Source of the DNA: Paraspadella gotoi
Taxonomy: Eukaryota; Animalia; Chaetognatha
DNA: 64,000 nucleotides
Reading direction: 5' to 3'
Assembly: GCA_051294375.1 (NCBI GenBank)
Contig: CM119265.1
Coordinates: forward strand, 29,361,751 to 29,425,750
Shown here piece after piece: positions 25,562-39,938 of the stretch. Each line of letters starts with the position of its first letter. The first letter of the stretch is position 1. Below the pieces are notes generated by a model. It was given only the letters and a program-made list of their open reading frames with translations, did no database searches and was not told the origin of the DNA. A program made the position numbers and the translations under genes.

Positions 25562-28500
25562 GTCAGCTCTCTCTCTCTCTCTCTCTCTCTNNNNNNNNNN
25601 NNNNNNNNNNNNNNNTCATTCTGATAATACAAGCAGAGACCGAGACGGATGAGTAATGACGAGCACATGCCGACTTCCGGGACCGAGGTCTGCGTCAGGC
25701 GACTCGACCAATATTCGGCGATGCCTACTGCCTGCCGAAAGACCTCTATGAGGAGTGACGCAGGTCGGAGACATGAGAGAGAGTAGTCCCAACTTTTTCT
25801 CGTCGAGTCTTAGTGCCTTGACAATTGCCAAATTTTATTGCGCGAGAGCTTGAATGAGGAAAAATTGTAATTCTTTGTCGGCAACCCGTTGTTGATTTTA
25901 CCGAGAGACGGCAGAGATGACTACGAGATGGTTGACTGGGGAGAAAGAGGAGGATGACGGGAGAGATGATGAGAGGAGAGAGGAGGAGAGGATGTGAGAG
26001 CTATGAGAGTGAGGAGCGAGGGGGATGGAGAGATGAGAGGAGTCTGACCTTGAATAGTTGAGTCTTGGCAGAACCGAGCGCTTCTGGTGATGATGTTTAC
26101 ACACCCCCGTATGTTGAGAGTTGTGATGTTTTGAGGGAGTTAATAAACGCTCCTAGAGCCCTGTTCGGCCACGTGACCCCACGATCCGATCGCGGTTCAC
26201 TTCACCCAGAGAAAGTCCTAGCTACATGCCTATTCTCCCTGCATATCGTTCCCAGATCATATTCGTCCAGTACGCTGCCTCCCGTGGTCTAATCCGTGTT
26301 GGGGGGTCGGCCCCCTAGCGCGCTTTGATGTGCTGTGAACCGGACGCCCCACCTGGCTCTGTATCGGTCGCGTCTAATGCTGCCGGTACCCTCCCCGGAT
26401 TGTCGCTGTTTCGCCTAGTCCTCCCCAGCGGCGCGGCTCGTGTAATCACTGTGGCTGGGTGGGCGTGATCTTGCGATCCGGACGGCGCGTAGGCGGTAAT
26501 GCCCGCAGGCGCGGATTTCCGGTGCTATGCCCGGCACCGACCCCTCTGATGCGCGACGCGGTTACGTCCTCCTGGAGAAACAGAAGTACGAAACAACTTA
26601 GAGCACTAAGACAAAACATAAATCCCAATGACCAATAACAGATATACTAGAGATTTCGGATAAAACTAATACACTCTTTAAGTCGGACCACGGGTGTATC
26701 CCGTGGTTCGTATATCAGACATTATGATACGGTTGGCGGGCCACGTGCCACAACGCGTCCTTGTTCACCCCCGGCCGTAGACATCTATCACATGACCAGC
26801 GGATTACGCACATCCAGTTGTGACGCGCGTGGACTTGCATGACAGTAAGGCCGGATCAAGCTACAGCGAACCATCTAGGGTATCCGGCGGCGTTGCCAAA
26901 TGCCGCACCGGCGAATGTACGGCGGTACCTCGCCTGCGCGTGAAAAGGGCGTGGGAACGGCCCGTGAAGAGCATAGCCTTGGGATTGTTCGGCAAACCTC
27001 AAGGCCTGGTTCTCCCAAGCCGATAGGCAGCCGTTCCCATGGGTGCTTAGGAGGGGAGGGTATATTAAGTGAGATAGTTTACGGGACAAGTCCTCCAGCT
27101 TCCAGACCCATACGTCGCGTCCTTATTCCACATGGAAGATTAATTAATTATTCAGAATTAGTTAAGTTAGTAGTTAAATTAATGTATAAACTCGGACACG
27201 TGTTTCCGTCTATTTAAGATTATCTCTTCCCTAAAAGACTCTGAGTAAGACGAAAATGTTGAAACTTGGAGGAAATCAACCGTGGAGAGTCATATAGAAC
27301 TTTCAATTGTCACGCGATACATCTCTCTAATTCAGAAGACATCACTTCACATCATGCCCTAATACCAATAATCATTTAGACTCAATTAGAATAGTTGATT
27401 ATCCGAAATATTAAGTTTTAATAATAAAAAGAGCATTGAATAAATGATATAAATATAAATGATTTAAAAATATATAACAAAAGTATATTACGCAACTATA
27501 ATTTGAATTATTGTCATATTATCATTATAGAAATCGTCTCACTGTCCAGCAAAGGACCCATATCTTAAACAGAACTCTGACACGGCCCTTCGACGGGTTC
27601 TTTTGTGCTATGGTCTTTCCCTCTCATAGTCCCAGCGCGTGTCATGCCTTTCACCAGGTCTCATCATCGTCCTTTCAACGAGTCTTCGTGATCATCTCAT
27701 CACGCTGTTTTCAGCGGTCGCTCATCAGGTAATGCTTTTTTCACCGGTCTTCATCATTGCGTCTTTTACGCTCTTTTACCACTAGTCCATTGATCCTTTC
27801 ACCTCTGTCAATCTATCGCTCCCGTTCATCTTCACTCGGTGTGTCTCATTCTCTCACCTTCACTGTCATCTGTTCTGATCATTGCTCACACGCCTTTCTA
27901 CTGGGTTTCACTCATGTGCATCACAGCCTGTTTACGCGTTCTCATGACTGTCATTCACGTCTTTTACGTCCATCATGTTCATTCATACCTTTTACGCTCT
28001 CAGTCACTGTCAGTGCCTCTTATCGGTCTCATCATGTCAGTTCACGGCCTTTCACGGGTCTAGCCATGTCCCATTGGTGCGTGGACAATCAAGTCACGCT
28101 TTCACGGTTGCCATTTTCCAGAGACCGCAATTGGACGGCGTCACTGAACTGAGCGATGGGAGGCGCATAAGAAAATCCTTCTGGACTCTTGGCGATGGAG
28201 AAAAACAAGAATTCGCATTGGTTGTTGATTGCATCCAGAAGGTAATTGCTCAATAGAATGAAATCGTGTGAATAATTCAACACAAGCAATGTAGAGTTAT
28301 AGCCAATCAAAATGAACAAATTTCATTTTTTTGACGAATATTACTTTTAATATTGCTGATATTGTAACCTTTGTTATTACATTTAAAAATACAATAGCTG
28401 TTTTAATTCTATTATGTTGACTTTGCTTCGCTGCTTCCATCAAACTTAAGTCCGTTTATTCGTATTGCTCCGCCTTGTTCCTTTGATGATGTCTTCCTAC

Positions 28501-31500
28501 GTTTCGCCTTAATTTTCCCGCTCTCGTTATTCGCGTCCCCTGCTGTTTAACGGGGCGCCATAGTAAGAACCAGAATGTCCCCGTGCCGCTCCATGCTCCC
28601 TTTTTCTCGCCTGCATTCTGAAAATAAGAGGGAACGAAGAGGGTGAAGGGATGAGGGCAGGGGAAACAGCGGGGAGAGCAAGGAGGGAGGAAGAAGAGGG
28701 AGGGAAAGGAGGAAAGGGGGGAGAGACGGAGAAGGCGGGAGCAGGAGCAGGAGAGCTGAGAAGAAAGTGAGAGAGAAGGGAAAAGCGGGAGGAACCGGGA
28801 GAGAGAGAATAAGGAGGGAGGAGGGAGAAAGGAGGAGAGAGAAAAGACTGGAGGAAATGAAAATTAAAATTAAATATGAAAGTGCTAAAGATAGAGAATA
28901 TTGAAAGGAGAAAAAGAAGGAAAGATACAAAAGAGCAATATGGATTGCGGAGTTAAAGATTAGAGAGCAAGACAGCACGAAGGGAAAGAGAATCTCTCTC
29001 TGGGGGGGGTCTCGTGGGCTTCTCTCTCTCTCTCTCTTTTTATCTCTCTCTCTCCTCACTCATTTTCTCCTTCGCAACTTTATCACAACAGCTGTCACTA
29101 TCATCACTATCATCACTATCATCATTATGTATACATACATCCATATATTTTCTCCTTAGTTCATCTAACTGTCCCTATGTCGATCCATGGAACCATCCAT
29201 CAATCCATCCATCCTTTCTTTCAGCCAAATTCTGTAATTCTGCNNNNNNNNNNNNNNNNNNNNNNNNNNNNNNNNNNNNNNNNNNNNNNNNNNNNNNNNN
29301 NNNNNNNNNNNNNNNNNNNNNNNNNNNNNNNNNNNNNNNNNNNNNNNNNNNNNNNNNNNNNNNNNNNNNNNNNNNNNNNNNNNNNNNNNNNNNNNNNNNN
29401 NNNNNNNNNNNNNNNNNNNNNNNNNNNNNNNNNNNNNNNNNNNNNNNNNNNNNNNNNNNNNNNNNNNNNNNNNNNNNNNNNNNNNNNNNNNNNNNNNNNN
29501 NNNNNNNNNNNNNNNNNNNNNNNNNNNNNNNNNNNNNNNNNNNNNNNNNNNNNNNNNNNNNNNNNNNNNNNNNNNNNNNNNNNNNNNNNNNNNNNNNNNN
29601 NNNNNNNNNNNNNNNNNNNNNNNNNNNNNNNNNNNNNNNNNNNNNNNNNNNNNNNNNNNNNNNNNNNNNNNNNNNNNNNNNNNNNNNNNNNNNNNNNNNN
29701 NNNNNNNNNNNNNNNNNNNNNNNNNNNNNNNNNNNNNNNNNNNNNNNNNNNNNNNNNNNNNNNNNNNNNNNNNNNNNNNNNNNNNNNNNNNNNNNNNNNN
29801 NNNNNNNNNNNNNNNNNNNNNNNNNNNNNNNNNNNNNNNNNNNNNNNNNNNNNNNNNNNNNNNNNNNNNNNNNNNNNNNNNNNNNNNNNNNNNNNNNNNN
29901 NNNNNNNNNNNNNNNNNNNNNNNNNNNNNNNNNNNNNNNNNNNNNNNNNNNNNNNNNNNNNNNNNNNNNNNNNNNNNNNNNNNNNNNNNNNNNNNNNNNN
30001 NNNNNNNNNNNNNNNNNNNNNNNNNNNNNTCTCCCATCATTTTAATAAATTCAATATGTTCATCGCCCCAAATTATTTGTATTATATTTCTTATTATTCT
30101 TTTCTCTTTAAATCTGAGAAAAACTTGAAAAAATTAAGTGAAAAAAATATTTCGGTCTTACAATATCGTTAATCAATTGAAATGAAAAAAAGATAAAAAA
30201 GTGACAAGAAAGTGAAAACTTATCAACGTGATCAAATTTTCTACGGATTCATTTGGATCATCCACACAGGAATTTCCCTCACACACGGGATTTCCGAATG
30301 TATCCTTCTTGGTGATTTCTGCTCAGCACAGCGAATATGTTTCTCCACAACAGTGTAATAGTGTGAGGCGATGTCTCTCATTGTTTTCCGGGTGTAATCT
30401 ATCGCCTTCTTTCTTGCATTACTCCAATTGTATTTGATAGGCGTAGCGGCTAAAAGTTCCATTTCTGAATGATGATTACAGTTCGATCCCAGCAGACTGA
30501 ACACCTGAACAGTCTGAAACATAAAGGAGCCAGCTCTCTAGCTGTTTTAAACGGTCTGTAGAAGGCGATTAACACCCCTCGAGACCGCTGCTCATGATCT
30601 CTTCTTCTCTCAAAATACTCACTTTATCCCGCAGCTGCGGATCAACTAAGGAGAAACTTGCCCGACGAAGAGCATTTACGCCCCCCATAATTCGACATGT
30701 CCATTTGAGTTTTTTATAGAACTTGTTCTTGTATGTTGTTGTTGTTATTTTTACGACGCGAAAAATATTATCTTTTATCATTCATTCTTCAATTTTTCCT
30801 GTCATAAAGAACCACGAATAGTCGTATTAGCACAGAATGTCCTAAAACAAAGCGTTTTCTTTGGTTTTTAAAACAAAACAAGTAATTCTGTTTACCCTAG
30901 TAATTAACTTACCCGGATCCTGTGACTTCCCTTGCTTTGGAATATGCTCGTTATTGTGCTTCGTCACGCGAACCGTGTTTGAACTTTAATCACGCTGAAT
31001 ATGCTTTTCTACTTAATCACAATGAATTCGATTTCTTATATAAATGTAAAATTTAAAACTAAAATCACTTTCATTGGAAATAGTAAGTAGAAATTAACAT
31101 TTTAGTATATTATGAAGTAGCATAATTTTACTCAGGTATTAAATTTCTGTTTTAATCGGCGGTGATAAAATTTTGTTTGCTTCGTCTTGTTCCCTCGTGT
31201 GGGAAATATTAGTGTCTATTTATAACATACTCTTCTCTCTACTCTCTGCTCTCTCTTTTGATACTCAATCCTGTTCTCTGCCGTACTTCTACAAATACTT
31301 TGTCTTTCTCTGCCCTCTCTCTTCCCTCTCTCTTCCTCTCTCTCTCTCCCCTCTCTCTCGCGTCTCCTTTTCTCTCTGCATCTCTTAATATATTTATAAT
31401 CATTTATGTTCCATGAATGTTAATTCAGATATGTTTATTTCTAGTATGTTCTTGTCTATATTTATTTTGAAATATCTAGAAATTTGGTTACTAGTATTTT

Positions 31501-34500
31501 TCGTAGAGGCTAACAGTGTTAGGGAAGTTAAACCTAACGGACAATTAATTAAGTCCTTATCTGTTTTAAAATAACAAACTAGATTAAAAAAATAAAGAAA
31601 AACAATGCGTGATAAAAAAGACATAGTAAAAATAAGTATACGTCTTAAACTCAGTGAGAGAAAGTTTGTGGCCTCATCTTTGATGAATTTCCTAGTGGGA
31701 GACGCCAGGAAATAGCCCAACCTGAGTCGAGATTAGCCACTTACTCTCGTCTCTCTCTCTCGTTTCTTTCTGGTGTATATTCTCTCAAGCGTTTTATACT
31801 TCATCTTGAGTCGTCATCCGTACGAAATCAAAGTCTCTCCTCTATCACATCAATCTCTCCTCAATCGATGATTTTTTTTTATATTGCATGCGCATACAGT
31901 GAGACGGATTAGAAAGAAATGTATATTACACTGAGAATTTATATGAGGTTGCACAGGAAGAGAGAAGAAAGAGAGGAAGAAGGAAAAGAGAGAAAAGGAA
32001 AGAAAATATAAGAGTAAAGAATAAGTAAATATAGGTATATATAAAAGATAGGGTATTGAGAAGAAAAAGTAAATAGAAAGAAGAGAAGATAGGTAAGAAT
32101 ATAATAAGAGAAACAGGTATAGAAGGGAGAAAAGAAAAAGAATAATAAATAATGAGATAGAGAAGAGTAGAAGATTAGGAAGTAAAAAGGAAACTGCTAC
32201 GGTCATGACGGGAGGAAAGAAAAGAAAAATAAAAGAGATAAGCTATTAGACGAAACAGAAGGAAAAAAATAAGAGGGAAGAAATGGATAAAAAGAACGGA
32301 GGAAAGAAGAAAAAAAGAGGAAAAAGAGAGAGAGAGAAAAAGATGAAGAGCAAGGAAAGAAAATGAAAAAGGGAGGAGGGAGAAAAAAAAATGAAGGGAG
32401 GAAAGAAAAGGACCAAAGAGAGGAAAAAAGAAAAAAGAAGGAAGGAGGAAGAAAAGAGAAGTGAGGAAAGAAGGAGAAAGAAAAGGAGAAAGGGAGGAAC
32501 CAAAGGATAAAAGGAAGAAAGAATATAGTAGTAAAAGGACAGAGTCAGGGAATACGCGAGAAGGGAGGAAACAAGAGAAAGTAAAAGGAAGGAAGATAAG
32601 ATAGGAATTGGAGTGTAGGAAAGAAAAGGAGGAAAGGAAGAAGAAAAGTGGAGAAAGAAAGGATTAGGGAGTAGGAAAAGACAAGAAAAAGAGGAAGAAC
32701 AGAGGAAGGGAGAGATAATTATATATATAGAGGTAATTATATAAGAAAAGAGGATATATGGTTCTGTAGAAATATAGAAGAAATAAAGGAAATAAAGAGA
32801 TAAAGGAGGAAGTAACAAGAGGATAAGCAAGAAAAGGGATGAAAAGGGAGGAAGGTGAGATAAAGAGAAGAAGGCAGCGAAAGAAAGGAGAAAGGGAGAA
32901 AAGAAAAGGAGAAAGACAGGAATAAAAATGAGGAAGGGAGGGAGAAACGCGCAGGAAGGAGAAAAAAGAGAAAAGGTGTATGGTAGAAAAAGAAGCAGAG
33001 ACAGAATAAATATGTGGTAATTGATCTCGTTTTTGTACAGTGTGGGGGAGAGAGAGGAGAAAAGAAAAGGATGTTAGGGATAGGAGAAAATGAGGATAGC
33101 GTTTGGAGTCGGACTCTCTATGTTTTTAAAACATTATCCCCAAGTGTCCGTTTTTGTATGAGACGGAAAAGGCGTTGAAACCTTTGTCAAAGATCGAGTA
33201 GACGAGAGAAGAGAGAGGAGAGAGAGAGAGAGAGAGAGATAGACGATAGAGAGAGAGAGAGTGAGCAAGAAGAAAGAAGATAGGAGGAGAGAGAGAGAGA
33301 AGAATGGTTTAGGGAGAAGGACAAATGGAAGAAGAAGTAAAGAAAAAAGAAAAAGAGGAGAAGGAAAAAGAGGAGAAAAGGAAAAAAAGTTTAAAAAAGT
33401 TATTGGTTGATGATTTAAGTTAAAAAATAAGTAGGAGCGGATTAGTTTAAATCCTTATGTTTTTTTGCTTAAAGAACACAGTAAAACTGCCGGACTAAAT
33501 AGTCTAAAATGGTACTGGCACTGCAAGGGCTTGATATTTCCACCGAAGCGCAATCGACCGCAACTTATGCACAGCAGTCTATCGTACACAGCGTATCGTG
33601 TGAGGACGGCAGACAATGTAGCCTGTAATTTTTGCTTTTGTGGAATTGTTTGTTGGTAGTTGTGAGTTGTTTGTTGTTGGTGGTTGCTGTGTTTGCTGTT
33701 CTTAGAGTCAAGCCGAAAGTAAGGAATAGAGAGGAAAACAGGGCTTGACTTATCAGGAAGAGAGAGGAAGAGAAAAAGGAGGGAGGAGGAAAGGAAGGAG
33801 GAAGGGAGGAGGACTGCAAAAAGGTGGAAGAATAAGGGAGGAAGAGAAAGAGGAGGAGGAGGAGTGGGAGAAGGAAGAGGAGGGTGAGGAAAGCAGGAGA
33901 AAGCAGGATGAAAGAGGAGGAGGAAAGAAGGACCGAGGAAATTCTTTCCCACTGGAAATGAAGGGTCAATTTTCCGGAGGCCTAACAAAACTGAAAAAAA
34001 ACAGGACAGGAAGTCTGACTCTCTCTCACTCTCTCGTCTGTCATCTCTCTCTCTCTTCTCTCTTTCTTCATATGCTTTTCTTTCTCTCTCTCTCTCTCTC
34101 TCTATGCCTCTCTCTCTCTCTCTCCTCTGTCTTCTCTCTCTCTCTCTCCTCTCTCTCCTCTCTCTCTCCTCTCACTTAACAAAAAACAAAAACAGCTTTG
34201 TTTTTGAATGTCACTTCCCTAATCTTTTTTTCTCTCACCGAGACGAAAGTCGAATTGGGTTCGTGTTTTGAGATTTGAAAGCCATTGTTTTTTTTGGCGA
34301 CTGGCAGCGCCGCTCCGTCGACGTCCGCGGATTTTCGGGAAACGGCGAACAAAGTAGCAACGTCGATTTCATGAGAAATTCTTAGTCGCGCCTCGGAATT
34401 TCCCATTAATCGTCGACTGCAGAAAAGAAGAAGAATTAAATAAGGATAAAAATAAGATAATTTTAGTACATTAATATTGAACACAAATAATATTTATTTG

Positions 34501-34543
34501 GTTTTTTGGAAAATGGTTTTTTTTCCCCGTACTTAACGTAAAA

Positions 34544-34595
<52 letters not shown>

Positions 34596-34611
34596 GAAAG
34601 AGAGAGAAGAA

Positions 34612-34647
<36 letters not shown>

Positions 34648-35123
34648 AAATAGACCCGATAGGAGAATAGTGAGAGAAGGCATCAGGGATTGAACCGCTA
34701 CAGATGTCAACTAAAAAAAAAATTGTTTTCTCGCCAAGGAGAAACTATTCCAAGCAAAATCATAATATCATTTTATCAATGAAAATTTGGCAAAATTACT
34801 TGTTTCAACTGATTTTTACTTTTATATTTTATAATATTAATACTATTTTTAAACTACAGTACAAGCTCATGTGCCTATGATTTCTGCAAATAACTGCAAT
34901 TTATCTACTTTCCTAAGACAAAAATGGTTCACAACTCTTCTCTCTCTTCTCTCCGTCTCTCTTTCTCTTTCTCCTCTCTCTCTTCCCTCTTTCTCTCCCT
35001 CTTTTCTTTGCTCAATTTCCAAAAGAATAGTTTTCCATTTTTAAAGTTTTGGGACAAACATTGGCGATTAGGGAGGGCGAGACTCGCCCTCCCCGCAAAC
35101 CCTGTGAACAGACCTTTTTAATT

Positions 35124-35168
<45 letters not shown>

Positions 35169-35311
35169 AGAGAGAGAGGAGAGAAATAACAAAAATATTT
35201 ATATATTTCGTTTTAAATCTGATTAAATCGTAATTTAATATATATGGTTAATTATAATGATTTTATTTTCCGGCTTTTTTTCCTTATTTTATAGTGCATG
35301 AACTGAATAAC

Positions 35312-38300
35312 CTAAGTTGTAGTTCATTCAATAGCGATGTCGCCGGGGCGGATTCACGCAAGTTTGCACGGTGTGGTTTAGGTTGGTTGCTCTGGGAAAT
35401 ATCGTCTGGGACTGTTCGCGGCTCATTGACTAACGTTTTTAAAATCACTTTTGTCTAGCTTTAGAAAAGATATCGCCAGGGACTTTTGGCTATGTCGCCG
35501 AAGTCGCCCCCATCTGGGCGACTCGTGCTACACGTTGTATTTAAATTATTAGACCGATTATGTAGAATGAAAAGCTCGATGTCTAACGAGGCGCACTGAG
35601 CATCACCGTGAGTTGCAGGCCGTTCTCTTCTTCTATAACCTAAAAATCATTCGTCTACTATAACCAACCTCCCGTCAACCTGGCTCTCCTAACCTTCTTA
35701 TACTTCACGCGATTGACGGATAAGGGCATCAAATCGCTTATCTATCTCCTCGATTGTCATTTCAACCCTTAAACAGTTTAACGTGCCACTTTGATAGCTA
35801 TTCATATCGACCGGAGGCCCGAGAAACACCAAATCCCGTTTCTCTAGAGAGCGCTCTGTTAAATTCTCACAAGCATTCCGTTCAACCTCTGTGCCTGCTC
35901 CCCAACCGCTAACCCAGGCTCAGCTTCCCGTAGCATCTCCGTGCCTCAACCCTAACCCTAAAACCGCCTTCGATGCATCAACCATGGGGCCGCCTCCCCC
36001 AACCCTATTTATCTATTGAGAACGCTGCATAGAAGAACTAAAGAGGCCTCTCACCAGTTAAAAAACCTTACAACAGCATGCTCCAGCTAAAACCTAAGCG
36101 AGAGCCAAGCGGACCGCGAAGCTAACAATCTTCCGAAGCCTCAACACAACTAACCTCACTAAGACCGAGGGCCGTTCGATGCATCAACACAGGAAGGTGT
36201 CCTGCCCTTTGGTTATGCTTCCTTAATCGAAAAAACACCGCCTTCCGTTCAAACTTCCTATTATAGAATTTCTTAATAATGTCTTTACCAATTTTACCAC
36301 TCGATGATGTATTGCAGTAAAATAAGTATTCTTTTTGAAAAGTTTTCCGGTGTTTTAGAAAATTTTTAATCTCTTTTTTTAAAGCATTGGACAAAAGCGT
36401 TTTTTCTTTGTTTTTAAAAAGTTGTAATCTCTGGAAAATATGTCTGCCGGTGTATTTAAAGTTTTTTTCACTTTTTTACTATTAGAAACAGTCGTTATCC
36501 GTGATGTTTTTTTAACATTCTTTTTACATTGGAAAATATCGTTTGCCGCCGGAATTTTTTTTAACGTTTTTATTTTTTTTAACATTGGAAAATAATCGTT
36601 TTGTTATTTATAGTTAAAGTTTTCGCCCCATGGACTCTTTTTTAACAGAGAAAAAAGTCGTTTTTCTGGTATAATTACCGTTTTATTATTTGAGAGTGAG
36701 AGAAAGTCTACATATTAAAGAGAAAAGAGAAGAGAGACAGGAGACATAAAATAAGAGAGAAAATTTGTTTGTTTTGGATAAAAGATAATTTAATACTGTC
36801 CTCACCCAATTTTAAACTAACCTCGATGATGTTATTTTGCAGAAAGTATCCACGTTTTATTTCTTTTTTCTTTGAAATATCGTTTTCACCGGTGTTTTAG
36901 AATTTTTTATCTCTTTTTACAATTGGAAAAAGCGTTTTCTTTTTTTTAAAGTTGTTCTCTTGGGAAATATCGTCTGCCGGTGTATTTTAACGTTTATCAC
37001 TTTTTACTTTAGAAAAGTCGTTATTCGGTGTTTTTTAACTCTTTTTACAATTGGAAAAATCGTTTGCCGTTTTAAAGTTTTTTATTTCTTTTTACATTGG
37101 AAAAAATCGTTTTCTGTTATTTTTTAAAGTTTTCATTACCTTTTAGCAGAAGAAAAAAGTCGTTTTTCTGGGTGTATTTTAACGTTTATATCTATTGAGA
37201 GTGAGAGAAAGCTATCATAAATTTAAAAGAGAAAGAGAGAGAGAGGAGACATAAAACTAAAGAGAGGAAATTTTGTTTTGTTTTTGATAAAAGATATTTA
37301 ATAACTGTCTCACCTAATTTAAACCTCGATGATGTTATTTGCAGAAGTATTTAACGTTTTTATTTCTTTTTCTTTGAAAATGCGTTTCGCGGTGTTTTAG
37401 AAAATTTTTTATTTTTTTTACATTGGAAAAGCCGTTTTTCTTTGTTTTTAAAAGTTGTTGATCTGCCCCGCTCTTCTTTGGAATAGTCGGTCTGCCGGTG
37501 TATTAACGTTTTTTATCACTTCACTTTAGAAAGTCGTTTATCCGGTGTTTTTAACTCTTTTTTACATTGGAAAATTGTTTGCCGGTTTTTTTAAAGTTTT
37601 ATTGTCTTTTTACATTGGAAAATCGTTTTCTGTTATTTTTAAAGTTTTCCATTATCTTTTTAACATGAGAAAGTCGTTTTCTGGTGTAATTAACGTTTTT
37701 ATCTATTGAGAGTGAGAGAAAGCTACAATAAAATTAAAGAGAGAAAAGAGAAAGAGAAAGGAGGACATGAAAAATTAAAAGACAGAAATTTGTTTTTGTT
37801 TTGATAACGTATTAAAATGATATTTAATAACTGTCCTCTCCGTTAACATCTCCGTACTGCAACCCTAACACTATTCCATTCGATATTAACCACGGGCCCT
37901 CCATCTCCCCACCCTAACCCTAAAAAACCGGGCAGGCCTCCGTTACATCTCCGTACCTCACCGCTAACCCTAATTGCCTTCGATATATACCGCAACGGGC
38001 CTCTCTCCAACCCTAACGCCTAAACCGGGCCCAAGGCCTCCCGTAACACTCGTGGCCGTCAACCTAACCTAACGCGGGCCTCTTGGTCATAACAACAACC
38101 GCTCCTACCCCCTATCCCAAATTGACATTAATAATAAGCTTAAAATAAAACTTAACTTAACTCACCTAACCCTAACCCTAAACTACTGGTCAACCTAACA
38201 ACCAACACCTAACGCCTGAACTACTACCTACTCAACGCCTAACCCTAACCACTATCAACCCTAAACCCACTAATCTGAGTTTATTTAAGGTCGAAATTGG

Positions 38301-39938
38301 CCATAATAGAACGCTAGATGGGTAGTTCACAAAGCTAACGCCAAAGTGGCGAGGGCTCAATGGCTAAGTCGCGATTTGGCGATTTCGCACTGACTACATC
38401 TAGCGGTTCTATGTTTAAATTGGAGGCGGAAAAAAAAAACACTTATTTTCCGTCTAAAATAAACCCTCAGATTAAGGGTTTAAAGGCTTAAGGAGGTTGA
38501 TGTTTGGAATGGGAGATTGGTTGAGTAGTAGTTATGTAGTTAGGGTGCACGCGGTAGAGTAAATGTATAGGGGTTAGGTAGCTGTTGTAGTTAGTTTATG
38601 TGGAGTTGGGTCTTTGTTTTTCATGTTTATATATGTGATAATAATTTAAGGTCTGATTATTATTAAATATGTCAACTCTTTACGCGAGTAGGGATGTTGA
38701 TGGTAGTGTTGTTGAGAACGCAAGAGACGAAAATGTCGTTAGGTGTTAGGGTTTGAGTTGAATCTCGGTCAGATGTAGTCGGGAGGCCTGGGCGCGGTTT
38801 TATCTAATGTTTGTAGGAGATTGAGGAGAGGAAGAGGTCCTCTCGTGTGTTACTTTATGTATTCGAAGGCTAATTTAGGGTTAGGGTTGAGGTAAAAGGA
38901 GATGTACGGAGGGGTGTGCCGGTGGCGGTTTAAGGGTTAGGGGAGAGGCATGGATTGAACGGAGGCTTTGTTTAGAGGGTTGTTAGGGAGGTAATATCCG
39001 TGCTCGCGGGGTGAGGTATTTGAGATGCTCTTTTAACTATGGTTAGATGCATCGAAAGGCGGTTAGGGTTATGTAGCTGGTGGAAGGGCACTGAAGGTCC
39101 GTTTATCGGTGGTTTTTTAACTCTTTTTATCAATTGAAAATCGTTTGAGGTTTTTTTAAAAGTTTTTATTTCTTTTTACATTGGAAAAATAGTTTTCTGT
39201 TATTTTTAAAGTTTTCATATCTTTTACAGAGAAAAAGGTCGTTTTTGGAGATTGTACTGTGTAAGAGAAGCTCCGGTCCTGTGGTTATCTCGGGTTAGGG
39301 GAGAGGCATGGAGTTGAAGCGGGAGGCTTGGTTTAGGGTTAGGGTTTGCGGGAGGGACCCATGGTTGATGCATCGAAGGCGGTTAGGGTTAGGGTTGAGG
39401 GCACGGAAGATGTACGGGAGGCTGGGCCTGGGTTAGGGTTGGGGAGAGGCATGGAGTTGAACGGGTAGGCTTAGTTAGGGTTAGGGTTGGGGGAGGGGCC
39501 CGTGTTGATACATCGAAGGGCGGTTAGGCTTAGGGTTGAGGCACGGGAAGATGTACGGGAGGCTGAGCCGGGGTTAGGGTTAGGGGAGAGCACAGAGTTG
39601 AACGGAAGGCTTGGTTTAGGGTTAGGGTTGGGGGGGGGCCGGTGGTTTGATGCATCAAAGGCGGTTAGGGTTAGGGTTGAGGCATGGAGATGTACGGGAG
39701 GCGCCAGGCCCGGTTAGGGTTAGGGGAGAGGCACAGAGTTGAACGGGAGGTTTGGTTTAGGGTTAGGTGGTGGGAGAGGAAGCCCTGAAGGTGATGCTCA
39801 TCCCCGTTGTTAGCTGCGCTTTTCATTTATATTCGCGGCTACTTTTTATCACTGGCGAGCTGTCGCCAGTGGGGGGGAGCTGGCGACATCGCGCAAAGCC
39901 CTGGCGATATCGCCATGGCGAAGTCGCCAACCAACTAG
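35312..39938. mobile_element. Palindromic (foldback-like) element with arms of TTAGGG-containing ~141-bp units
   Basis: Right end ...GTCGCCAACCAACTAG at 39938; the left end is noisy. CCCTAA-rich left arm (35880-36200, 37840-38280), hairpin core at 38270-38490, TTAGGG-rich right arm (38500-39770). The flanks reconstitute the empty site seen at 40235-40270. Confidence 0.6.
36297..37835. repeat. Three tandem copies of an AT-rich ~510-bp unit
   Basis: Units start with ctcgatgatg(t)tatt(t)gcag at ~36300, ~36822 and ~37325. A further fragment lies at 39100-39245. Confidence 0.85.

Larger units (their letters stand above)
23130..28985. repeat. Fold-back (inverted) duplication: ~23130-25590 mirrored at ~26040-28985; the second arm is insertion-rich
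   Basis: 25020-25095 is the reverse complement of 27190-27270, 23440-23503 of 28545-28616, and exon E of 26045-26580. Confidence 0.9.

Noticed and set aside
37840-39770. True telomere or telomere-fusion site
   Set aside because: TTAGGG occurs only as 2-3 copies within longer units, and the polarity is opposite to a fusion.
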